Sequence record: SRR20825006_230
DNA: 45,225 bases
Direction: 5' to 3' (one strand)
Part shown: positions 1 through 6,816 of the stretch, piece by piece
How the letters are laid out: each line of letters starts with the position of its first letter
Numbering within the stretch: position 1 is the stretch's first letter
Notes under the pieces: generated by a model
What the model saw: the letters and a program-made list of their open reading frames with translations, nothing else
Told to the model about the DNA's origin: nothing
Databases searched by the model: none
Position numbers and translations under genes: made by a program

Positions 1-261
1 GCATCCGACGACCGCAGGGAGAGGAATGCATCTGGTGTGCTTTGTAATATTGTTAGTTGAATTAGTATTAGCAAATCGAGGATACGAGATTCACGAGCTC
101 CCGTAAAATAACAATCACGCGAGTAAAGAAAATGAACAAACACGATTTCTGATAAAATCATTAATCTACTTATAACGGCATCTCACCTAACATCAACTTG
201 TCTAATGAATAATTTTTTAAAAGTAATTTTAAAAAATATTGGTCTCTTTCTGAACGATGTG

Positions 262-269
262 TATCTTTG
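262..269 (+). promoter_or_regulatory. Bacteroidota housekeeping-sigma -7 element (TATCTTTG), trp operon promoter
   Basis: Exact match to TAnnTTTG, ending 9 nt before the leader-peptide ATG. Confidence 0.7.
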
Positions 270-278
270 AGGCTCATT

Positions 279-326
279 ATGAAAAACAAAACAGTAAATA
301 CTTGGTGGTGGATCTCGCAACAGTAA
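279..326 (+). CDS. trpL: trp operon leader peptide MKNKTVNTWWWISQQ (15 aa; not in ORF track)
   Basis: ATG 279, three consecutive TGG codons at 303-311, TAA 324-326; directly upstream of an attenuator and trpE. Confidence 0.92.
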   Translation: MKNKTVNTWWWISQQ

Positions 327-360
327 CGTCGTGAAGCAACCTTGTATTTAATATCAAAAT

Positions 361-397
361 AAAAAAAGGCCTGTCTCACGACAGGTCTTTTTGTTTA
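361..397 (+). terminator. trp attenuator terminator
   Basis: Stem GGCCTGTC(368-375)/GACAGGTC(380-387) with one G-U, loop TCAC, followed by TTTTTGTTT; GTCGTGA (328-334) is complementary to TCACGAC (376-382), giving an antiterminator. Confidence 0.88.
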
Positions 398-415
398 TAA
401 GCCTATCAACCAAAA

Positions 416-1813
416 ATGAAATACACCTTAAAAACCCACAGCAAAAAAATTCTTGCAGATACCATCACTCCGGTGTCGGTTTACCTGCGTCTGCGTGACA
501 AGTTCCCTAACAGCTTACTCCTTGAGAGTAGCGACTACCGGGCTAACGACAACACCTTCAGCTATATCTGCTGCAAACCTATCGCTTCGATCACCGTAAA
601 AAACGAAGTGATCACGGAAGTTTTCCCTGACGGAACAACCACAACCACGGCCATTGAAGGTGATACCGATGTGGTAGGCATCATTGAAGGTTTTGCTAAA
701 AAATTTGAGACCGAAGACAACGAACAGAAGTTCATTCAAAACGGACTCTTCGGCTATATGAGTTATGATGCCGTGCGTTATTTTGAGGATATTGAGGTGA
801 CCAAAAAAGAAGCGCCGCTTGATGTGCCAGACTTGTATTATGCAGTCTACCAAAACATCATCGCCATCAATCACTTCAACAATGAAGCGCACATTTTTTC
901 ACATACCTATAACGAAGAAAATAACCTCAGCCAGATCGCACAACTGCTCACCGTAAAAAGTTTTGCCGAATATCATTTTAAGCTGGAAGGCGAGCAACAA
1001 TCGCAGATGTCGGACGAGGCTTTTATAGAGCTGGTAAAAACCTGTAAAAAGCATTGCCAGCGTGGAGATGTGTTTCAGATTGTTCCATCTAAACGCTTTT
1101 CACAAGGCTTCAGCGGAGACGAGTTTAACGTGTACCGAAGCTTACGCAGCGTCAACCCTTCGCCGTATCTGTTCTTCTTTGACTATGGAAATTTTAAAAT
1201 CTTCGGAAGTTCGCCTGAAGCACAGCTCATCGTTAAAGAAGGCAAAGCCGAAATTCACCCAATTGCCGGGACCTTTAAACGTACCGGAAATGATGAAAAA
1301 GACGCCGCTTTGGCCAAGAAACTTTCTGAAGATGCCAAAGAGAACAGCGAGCACGTGATGCTGGTCGATCTGGCCCGCAACGACCTAAGTCGTAATGGCA
1401 GTAACGTAAAAGTAGAAACCTATCGCGAGGTACAGTACTTTTCGCACGTAATCCATTTGGTGAGTAAAGTTACAGGAACTAAACATCCTGACACCTCAAC
1501 CATGCGGGTCGTGGCAGACACGTTTCCGGCAGGAACTTTAAGTGGTGCGCCCAAACACAATGCGATGAAATTGCTGGAAAAATACGAACCCATAAACCGT
1601 GATTTTTACGGAGGTGCAATTGGATTTATGGATTTCAACGGAAACTTTAATCATGCGATCATCATCCGTTCCTTTTTAAGTAAAAACCACCAATTGCATT
1701 ACCAAGCGGGAGCAGGAATCGTTAGCGACAGCGTACCGGAAAAAGAATTAGAAGAAGTATATAATAAATTAGGAGCCCTTACCAAAGCCCTTAAACTGGC
1801 TGAAGAACTATAA
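416..1813 (+). CDS. trpE: anthranilate synthase component I
   Basis: LLES-x10-S and NPSPY Trp-feedback motifs, GSSPE, PIAGT, EHVMLVDLARNDL, FPAGTLSGAPK, AGAGIV. Confidence 0.97.
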   Translation: MKYTLKTHSKKILADTITPVSVYLRLRDKFPNSLLLESSDYRANDNTFSYICCKPIASITVKNEVITEVFPDGTTTTTAIEGDTDVVGIIEGFAKKFETEDNEQKFIQNGLFGYMSYDAVRYFEDIEVTKKEAPLDVPDLYYAVYQNIIAINHFNNEAHIFSHTYNEENNLSQIAQLLTVKSFAEYHFKLEGEQQSQMSDEAFIELVKTCKKHCQRGDVFQIVPSKRFSQGFSGDEFNVYRSLRSVNPSPYLFFFDYGNFKIFGSSPEAQLIVKEGKAEIHPIAGTFKRTGNDEKDAALAKKLSEDAKENSEHVMLVDLARNDLSRNGSNVKVETYREVQYFSHVIHLVSKVTGTKHPDTSTMRVVADTFPAGTLSGAPKHNAMKLLEKYEPINRDFYGGAIGFMDFNGNFNHAIIIRSFLSKNHQLHYQAGAGIVSDSVPEKELEEVYNKLGALTKALKLAEEL

Positions 1814-1814
1814 C

Positions 1815-2387
1815 ATGAAAAAACGAGTTTTAGTCATAGACAATTACGACAGTTTTGTGTACAATCTGGTACACTATCTTGAAGATTTAGACTGCGAAGT
1901 CACCGTAAAACGTAACGACCAACTGCAACTAGAAGAAGTGGATGCTTTTGATAAGATCCTGCTGTCACCGGGACCGGGAATTCCCGAAGAAGCCGGTCTG
2001 CTTCTGGAAATTATTAAAACCTATGCGCCTACTAAAAGTATGTTTGGCGTTTGCTTAGGCCAGCAGGCTATTGGTGAAGTTTTTGGCGGTACCCTTATCA
2101 ACTTAGATCAGGTGTTTCACGGGGTTGCGACGTCGGCTAAACAACTGGTGACTGATGAGCCCCTTTTTAAAGATATTCCTACGGAATTTGAAATTGGCAG
2201 ATACCATTCGTGGGTCGTTGCTCCTGAGAATTTCCCGGAAACTTTAGAGATCACTTCGGTGGACGTAAATGGTCAAATCATGTCACTTCGTCATAAAGAA
2301 TACGATGTGCGCGGCGTGCAATTCCATCCGGAATCGGTACTGACTCCCGAAGGCAAAACAATGATCAAAAATTGGGTAAATAATTAA
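1815..2387 (+). CDS. trpG: anthranilate synthase component II (glutamine amidotransferase)
   Basis: IDNYDSF, LSPGPG, GVCLG, GRYHS, GVQFHPES motifs; operon position. Confidence 0.95.
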   Translation: MKKRVLVIDNYDSFVYNLVHYLEDLDCEVTVKRNDQLQLEEVDAFDKILLSPGPGIPEEAGLLLEIIKTYAPTKSMFGVCLGQQAIGEVFGGTLINLDQVFHGVATSAKQLVTDEPLFKDIPTEFEIGRYHSWVVAPENFPETLEITSVDVNGQIMSLRHKEYDVRGVQFHPESVLTPEGKTMIKNWVNN

Positions 2388-2397
2388 ATATTTTTCT

Positions 2398-2420
2398 ATT
2401 TCCGTGAAGATGGAAATCTC
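2398..2420 (+). repeat. solo REP-like palindrome, variant copy (ATTTCCGTGAAGATGGAAATCTC)
   Basis: 20/23 identical to 6347-6369; the changes keep the stem paired (C-G to T-A, G-C to G-T). Confidence 0.85.
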
Positions 2421-2463
2421 ACAAAAATAATAATGCTCCCCTACGGAGTACTTATAGCGAATA

Positions 2464-3459
2464 ATGAAAACAATATTAAACCGACTCATAAACCACGAGC
2501 AGCTGACTAAAGAAGAGGCACGCGAGGTTTTGGTCAATATTTCAGAAGGAAAATACAACACCAGTCAAATTGCGGCGTTCATCACCGTGTATATGATGCG
2601 TAGCATTACTGTTGAAGAACTTGCCGGCTTTAGAGATGCGTTGCTCGATTTGTGCATTGCTGTCCCCTTTGACGGATACAACGCGATAGATCTCTGTGGA
2701 ACCGGTGGTGATGGTAAAAACACGTTCAACATCTCAACGCTTTCCTCATTTGTGGCAGCAGGTGCAGGAATCAACGTAACCAAGCACGGAAACTACGGAG
2801 TTTCTTCCGTGAGCGGGAGCAGCAACGTTATGGAAAGCTTCGGAATAAAATTCACCAACGATGCCGACTTTTTAAAGCGCTGTCTGGATGAAGCAGGAAT
2901 TTGTGTACTGCACGCGCCGCTCTTTCATCCCGCGATGAAAAATGTGGGACCTATTCGTCGCGAACTCGGGGTAAAAACCTTTTTCAATATGCTGGGCCCT
3001 ATGGTGAATCCGGCGTTTCCTGAGAACCAACTCGTGGGTGTTTTCAATCTGGAACTCGCCCGTTTATACGGGTATCTGTATCAGGACACCAAAAAGAACT
3101 TCACCATTTTACACAGTATCGATGGCTATGACGAGATTTCCCTTACCGGAAATACCAAAGCCATTCGCAACAACAGCGAGCGTATGTTGACTGCTGAAGA
3201 TTTTGGGGTTCATGCCATCAAACAGGAAGATATTTATGGTGGCGACACCATCGAATCTTCTGCGGCGATTTTTAAAAAAGTGATCAGCGGTAAGGGTACC
3301 GAAGCGCAAAACAATGTGGTTTGTGCCAATGCCGGCATGGCCATTGCCACCGTTAAAAACCTCGAGCCTAAAGCAGGTTTTGAACTTGCCAAAGAATCGC
3401 TTCTAAGCGGAAAAGGACTCGAACGCTTAAATAAACTCATAGCCCTAAGCAGCAAATAA
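2464..3459 (+). CDS. trpD: anthranilate phosphoribosyltransferase
   Basis: DLCGTGGDGKNTFNIST, KHGN, HAPLFHPAM, GYDEIS motifs. Confidence 0.97.
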   Translation: MKTILNRLINHEQLTKEEAREVLVNISEGKYNTSQIAAFITVYMMRSITVEELAGFRDALLDLCIAVPFDGYNAIDLCGTGGDGKNTFNISTLSSFVAAGAGINVTKHGNYGVSSVSGSSNVMESFGIKFTNDADFLKRCLDEAGICVLHAPLFHPAMKNVGPIRRELGVKTFFNMLGPMVNPAFPENQLVGVFNLELARLYGYLYQDTKKNFTILHSIDGYDEISLTGNTKAIRNNSERMLTAEDFGVHAIKQEDIYGGDTIESSAAIFKKVISGKGTEAQNNVVCANAGMAIATVKNLEPKAGFELAKESLLSGKGLERLNKLIALSSK

Positions 3460-3460
3460 A

Positions 3461-4243
3461 ATGAATATTCTAGACAAAATAATCGCTGATAAATGCAAAG
3501 AAGTGGCTTTACGCAAGCAGCTGATTCCGGTGAAGCAATTGGAACAGTCGGTGCTTTTTGAACGTAAATCACCATCACTTGCACAAGCCTTGAGCACAAG
3601 CGCTTCAGGGATCATCGCAGAGCATAAACGCCGGTCGCCCAGTAAAGCAACTATAAATAATAACCTCAACGTGCAAGATGTAGCCAGTGGTTACGAGCAC
3701 GCCGGAGTTTGTGGAATGAGCGTACTTACTGATGGAAAATATTTTGGCGGTTCGCTAGACGATTTGTTAATGGCGCGCGCCGCAGCGCAATTACCGCTGT
3801 TACGCAAAGAATTTGTGATCGACACCTATCAAATTCTGGAAGCGAAAGCGTATGGCGCAGATGTGATCTTGCTCATTGCCGCAGTGCTCACACGGGAAGA
3901 GATCAAAACCCTATCAGAATTTGCCAAATCGCTTGGTCTTGATGTACTTCTCGAGGTGCACAATCTGGAAGAATTGCAAAAGTCGGTGATGCCGTCTTTA
4001 GATATGTTGGGCGTAAACAATCGCAACCTGAAAACTTTTGAAGTGAGCCTCGAAACCAGCAAAAGCCTATCGGCTGAAATCCCGGATGATTTTGTAAAAG
4101 TATCTGAAAGCGGCATCAGTTCGATCGAAGCGATCAAAGCCTTACAGCCGTATGGCTACAAAGGATTCCTTATTGGCGAGAACTTTATGAAAACCGATGA
4201 TCCCGGCGCCAGCGCAACCGAGTTCATCAATAAACTGAAGTAA
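3461..4243 (+). CDS. trpC: indole-3-glycerol phosphate synthase
   Basis: IIAEHKRRSPSK, SVLTD, LLRKEF, GVNNRNL, SESGI, LIGE motifs. Confidence 0.97.
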   Translation: MNILDKIIADKCKEVALRKQLIPVKQLEQSVLFERKSPSLAQALSTSASGIIAEHKRRSPSKATINNNLNVQDVASGYEHAGVCGMSVLTDGKYFGGSLDDLLMARAAAQLPLLRKEFVIDTYQILEAKAYGADVILLIAAVLTREEIKTLSEFAKSLGLDVLLEVHNLEELQKSVMPSLDMLGVNNRNLKTFEVSLETSKSLSAEIPDDFVKVSESGISSIEAIKALQPYGYKGFLIGENFMKTDDPGASATEFINKLK

Positions 4244-4247
4244 AGGC

Positions 4248-4306
4248 TCCCTCCTTTTGAAGGAGGGGAATGTTTCAACAAAGCTGAAACAGGGGTGGTT
4301 ACCCCT
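4248..4306 (+). repeat. cluster of three adjacent hairpins (REP-like, CCCTCC/GGAGGG type) in the trpC-trpF spacer
   Basis: CCCTCCTT/AAGGAGGG (4249-4267), TGTTTCA/TGAAACA (4271-4291), AGGGGT/ACCCCT (4291-4306). Confidence 0.65.
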
Positions 4307-4324
4307 ATTTTATGAGAAGATAAA

Positions 4325-5041
4325 ATGAAAAATAAGGATAGAGTCAAATATCATAGTAAGGCTGCTTCCAGTTCAAACGGGCTGAAGCTAAAGGTTTGTG
4401 GAATGAAACACAACACCCTTGACGTAGCCCAACTCAAGCCGGATTATTTGGGTTTTATCTTCTTTGAAAAAAGCAAACGAAATTACGACCAAGCAGCTAT
4501 TGAAACCCTTCCGGAAGGGATACAGAAAGTGGGCGTTTTTGTAGATGCAAGCATCGAATTTGTCATCAATAAAATCAAGCAATTTAAGTTTGATGTGATT
4601 CAGCTGCACGGCAGCGAAACTCCCGAATATTGTAAGACGCTTCAAAGCGGTTGTCTTATCGAGCGCAGTCGAGATACTGCAGAAGCTACTCCTTCCAAAA
4701 TACCCGAAATCTGGAAAGTCTTCAGCATAAAAGACCACTTTGACTTTTCAGTTTTGGAAGCTTATGAAGCTGTGGTCGATAAATTTTTATTTGACACCAA
4801 AGGAAAGGAAAAAGGCGGCAATGGCTATACCTTTGATTGGAGTGTGCTCAAAGAGTATCCTTCGCAAAAGCCTTTTATGTTAAGTGGCGGTATAGGATTA
4901 GTCGAAATCGTAGCGGTAAACGAACTTAAAAAAACAACGATTCCGCTGGCGGGGATTGATGTCAATAGTAAATTTGAAGACGAACCGGGATTAAAAAATA
5001 CAGACTTGTTAAAGTCACTTATAAAAGAATTAAATAGATAG
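4325..5041 (+). CDS. trpF: phosphoribosylanthranilate isomerase (about 20-aa N-terminal extension; internal insertion)
   Basis: KVCGM, GFIF, VGVFV, QLHGSE, LFDT, GGNGYTFDW, LSGG, IDVNSKFE motifs; exact start uncertain. Confidence 0.93.
   Translation: MKNKDRVKYHSKAASSSNGLKLKVCGMKHNTLDVAQLKPDYLGFIFFEKSKRNYDQAAIETLPEGIQKVGVFVDASIEFVINKIKQFKFDVIQLHGSETPEYCKTLQSGCLIERSRDTAEATPSKIPEIWKVFSIKDHFDFSVLEAYEAVVDKFLFDTKGKEKGGNGYTFDWSVLKEYPSQKPFMLSGGIGLVEIVAVNELKKTTIPLAGIDVNSKFEDEPGLKNTDLLKSLIKELNR
4652..4676 (+). repeat. REP-like hairpin in-frame within trpF (TGTCTTATCGAGCGCAGTCGAGATA)
   Basis: TCGA-GCGCAG-TCGA stem-loop with a GTC-type head, in a low-complexity loop encoding CLIERSRD; inner motif resembles 5106-5119. 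Confidence 0.55.
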
Positions 5042-5063
5042 AGATTTCTGTCTAAGTTGAAAT
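5042..5063 (-). repeat. highly degenerate REP-like copy right after the trpF stop
   Basis: AGATTTCTGTCTAAGTTGAAAT matches AGATTTCCGCCTTCGCGGAAAT (6777-6798) at 16/22 without gaps. Confidence 0.45.
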
Positions 5064-5083
5064 AAAAGAATACTGTGAATTAA

Positions 5084-5130
5084 AAGATTTCCGCCCAGTT
5101 TATCCTGAGCGATAGCCGAAGGGCGGAAAT
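5084..5130 (-). repeat. REP-like palindrome with a second hairpin repeat nested in its loop
   Basis: Perfect arms ATTTCCGCCC(5087-5096)/GGGCGGAAAT(5121-5130); the loop carries ATCCTGAGCGATAGCCGAAGG. Confidence 0.8.
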
Positions 5131-5144
5131 ATCAATATAGAATT

Positions 5145-6329
5145 ATGAACTACAACGTAAATGAAAAAGGATATTATGGAGATTTTGGTGGTGCCTACAT
5201 CCCAGAAATGCTATATCCTAATGTAGAAGAGCTGCGTCAGAATTACTTAAAAGTGATGCAGGAGCCGGATTTTCAGGAAGAATTCAAGGCGCTTTTAAAA
5301 GAATATGTAGGTCGCCCTACCCCATTATATTATGCCAAGCGTTTTTCCGAAAAATATGGAACAAAAGTGTACCTCAAACGGGAGGATCTGTGTCACACAG
5401 GAGCACACAAAGTGAACAATACCATTGGTCAGATCTTGATGGCCAAGCGCCTGGGTAAAAACCGTATCATCGCTGAAACCGGTGCCGGTCAGCACGGGGT
5501 GGCTACGGCTACCGTATGTGCGTTGATGGGCTTAGAATGCATCGTGTATATGGGTGCGATAGACATCAAACGTCAGGCACCTAACGTAGCCCGGATGAAA
5601 ATGCTTGGCGCCACAGTAGTCCCTGCAGAATCTGGTAGCAAAACTTTAAAAGACGCGACCAATGAAGCCATTCGGGATTGGATCAATAATCCGACTGATA
5701 CGCATTATATCATTGGTAGTGTGGTAGGACCTCACCCCTATCCCGATATGGTGGCGCGTTTTCAAAGTGTGATCTCTGAAGAAGTAAAAAAGCAATTATT
5801 GGAGAAGGAAGGTAAAGAAAATCCAGATTATGTAGTGGCCTGCGTAGGCGGCGGAAGTAACGCAGCCGGGATTTACTACCATTACCTAGATACACCGGAA
5901 GTGGGTATCATCGCCGTAGAAGCAGCCGGGAAAGGAATCCACTCCGGGGAAAGCGCCGCAACTTCAGCCTTAGGTAAAGAAGGCATCATTCACGGAAGCA
6001 AAACCCTGCTGATGCAAACCGATGACGGGCAGATCACAGAGCCGTATTCTATTTCCGCAGGTCTTGATTATCCCGGAGTTGGGCCTATGCACGCGCATTT
6101 ATTCAGAAGCGGCCGTGGGGAGTTCATCAGCATTACCGATGATGATGCGATGCAAGCCGGTCTTGAATTGTGTAAACTGGAAGGGATCATCCCCGCGATC
6201 GAATCGTCTCACGCTTTGGCCATTTTTGAAGAGCGCAAGTTTAAAAAAGATGATGTAGTGGTCGTGAATTTGAGCGGTAGAGGAGATAAGGATTTGAATA
6301 CGTATATAGATTACTTCAAACTCGCTTAA
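5145..6329 (+). CDS. trpB: tryptophan synthase beta chain
   Basis: [15 protein letters not shown] (PLP lysine), [39 protein letters not shown]. Confidence 0.98.
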   Translation: MNYNVNEKGYYGDFGGAYIPEMLYPNVEELRQNYLKVMQEPDFQEEFKALLKEYVGRPTPLYYAKRFSEKYGTKVYLKREDLCHTGAHKVNNTIGQILMAKRLGKNRIIAETGAGQHGVATATVCALMGLECIVYMGAIDIKRQAPNVARMKMLGATVVPAESGSKTLKDATNEAIRDWINNPTDTHYIIGSVVGPHPYPDMVARFQSVISEEVKKQLLEKEGKENPDYVVACVGGGSNAAGIYYHYLDTPEVGIIAVEAAGKGIHSGESAATSALGKEGIIHGSKTLLMQTDDGQITEPYSISAGLDYPGVGPMHAHLFRSGRGEFISITDDDAMQAGLELCKLEGIIPAIESSHALAIFEERKFKKDDVVVVNLSGRGDKDLNTYIDYFKLA

Positions 6330-6344
6330 GCGTGTTTGAATTTT

Positions 6345-6368
6345 TCATTTCCGCGAAGGCGGAAATCT
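6345..6368 (+). repeat. left REP-like palindrome TCATTTCCGCGAAGGCGGAAATCT
   Basis: 8-bp stem ATTTCCGC/GCGGAAAT, GAAG loop. Confidence 0.95.
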
Positions 6369-6392
6369 CTTGAATGTAAGCACACATTAGTA

Positions 6393-6686
6393 ATGGAAGA
6401 ATTATTCTTTACATACATTCTTACCAATAAAAATCATACGGTGCTTTACATTGGGGTTACCAATGATTTAAAAAGAAGACTTAAACAACACAAACAAAAG
6501 AGCAATAAAGGATTTACAGGAAAGTACAATGTTGAGAAACTCGTCTATTTTGAATCTAGCCCTTATGTCGAAAACGCCATTAAAAGAGAGAAACAGCTCA
6601 AAAAATGGAATCGAGCCTGGAAAGAAAATCTAATCAACGAAATGAATCCTGATTGGAACGATCTGAGTTGGATGCTGAACGAATGA
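6393..6686 (+). CDS. small stand-alone GIY-YIG nuclease family protein (97 aa)
   Basis: TYIL...LYIGVTNDLKRRLKQH...LVYFE...AIKREKQLKKWNRAWK...NPDWNDL; catalytic Y, R, E present. ATG 6393 preferred over TTG 6336, which would translate the REP. Confidence 0.92.
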   Translation: MEELFFTYILTNKNHTVLYIGVTNDLKRRLKQHKQKSNKGFTGKYNVEKLVYFESSPYVENAIKREKQLKKWNRAWKENLINEMNPDWNDLSWMLNE

Positions 6687-6727
6687 GGCTTCCGAAGAGT
6701 ACAACATATTTAAAATTTGACTTGGAT

Positions 6728-6742
6728 TTAAAAGATTTCCGC
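6728..6742 (-). repeat. half-copy of the REP-like palindrome (TTAAAAGATTTCCGC)
   Basis: Identical 15-mer at 5080-5094; ends with one arm of the palindrome. Confidence 0.75.
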
Positions 6743-6776
6743 AGCGTACATAATTGAAATTAGAATTAGACTGGTA

Positions 6777-6801
6777 AGATTTCCGCCTTCGCGGAAATGA
6801 C
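6777..6801 (-). repeat. right REP-like palindrome (minus strand GTCATTTCCGCGAAGGCGGAAATCT)
   Basis: Exact inverted copy of 6345-6368, with a GTC head. Confidence 0.95.
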
Positions 6802-6816
6802 TTAAAAAATAATATA

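Larger units (their letters stand above)
6345..6800 (+). mobile_element. candidate element: GIY-YIG nuclease gene bounded by 24-bp inverted REP-like palindromes
   Basis: 6345-6368 is the exact reverse complement of 6777-6800; the unit separates trpB from trpA. Mobility is inferred, not shown. Confidence 0.6.

Noticed and set aside
170-379. 69-aa minus-strand ORF
   Set aside because: Antisense to the trp promoter, leader and attenuator; no recognisable motif
6336-6392. 19-aa N-terminal extension of the GIY-YIG ORF (MNFSFPRRRKS...)
   Set aside because: TTG start that simply reads through the left palindrome; ATG 6393 gives the typical domain start
6345-6800. Classical IS or group I intron homing endonuclease
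   Set aside because: No DDE, HUH or recombinase motifs; the protein lacks the DNA-binding extension of I-TevI-like enzymes; the insertion is intergenic and too short for an intron core
2398-6801. Palindromic repeats as a CRISPR array or integron attC sites
   Set aside because: Irregular spacing, mixed orientation, separated by whole genes; no cas or integrase gene and no RYYYAAC/GTTRRRY ends
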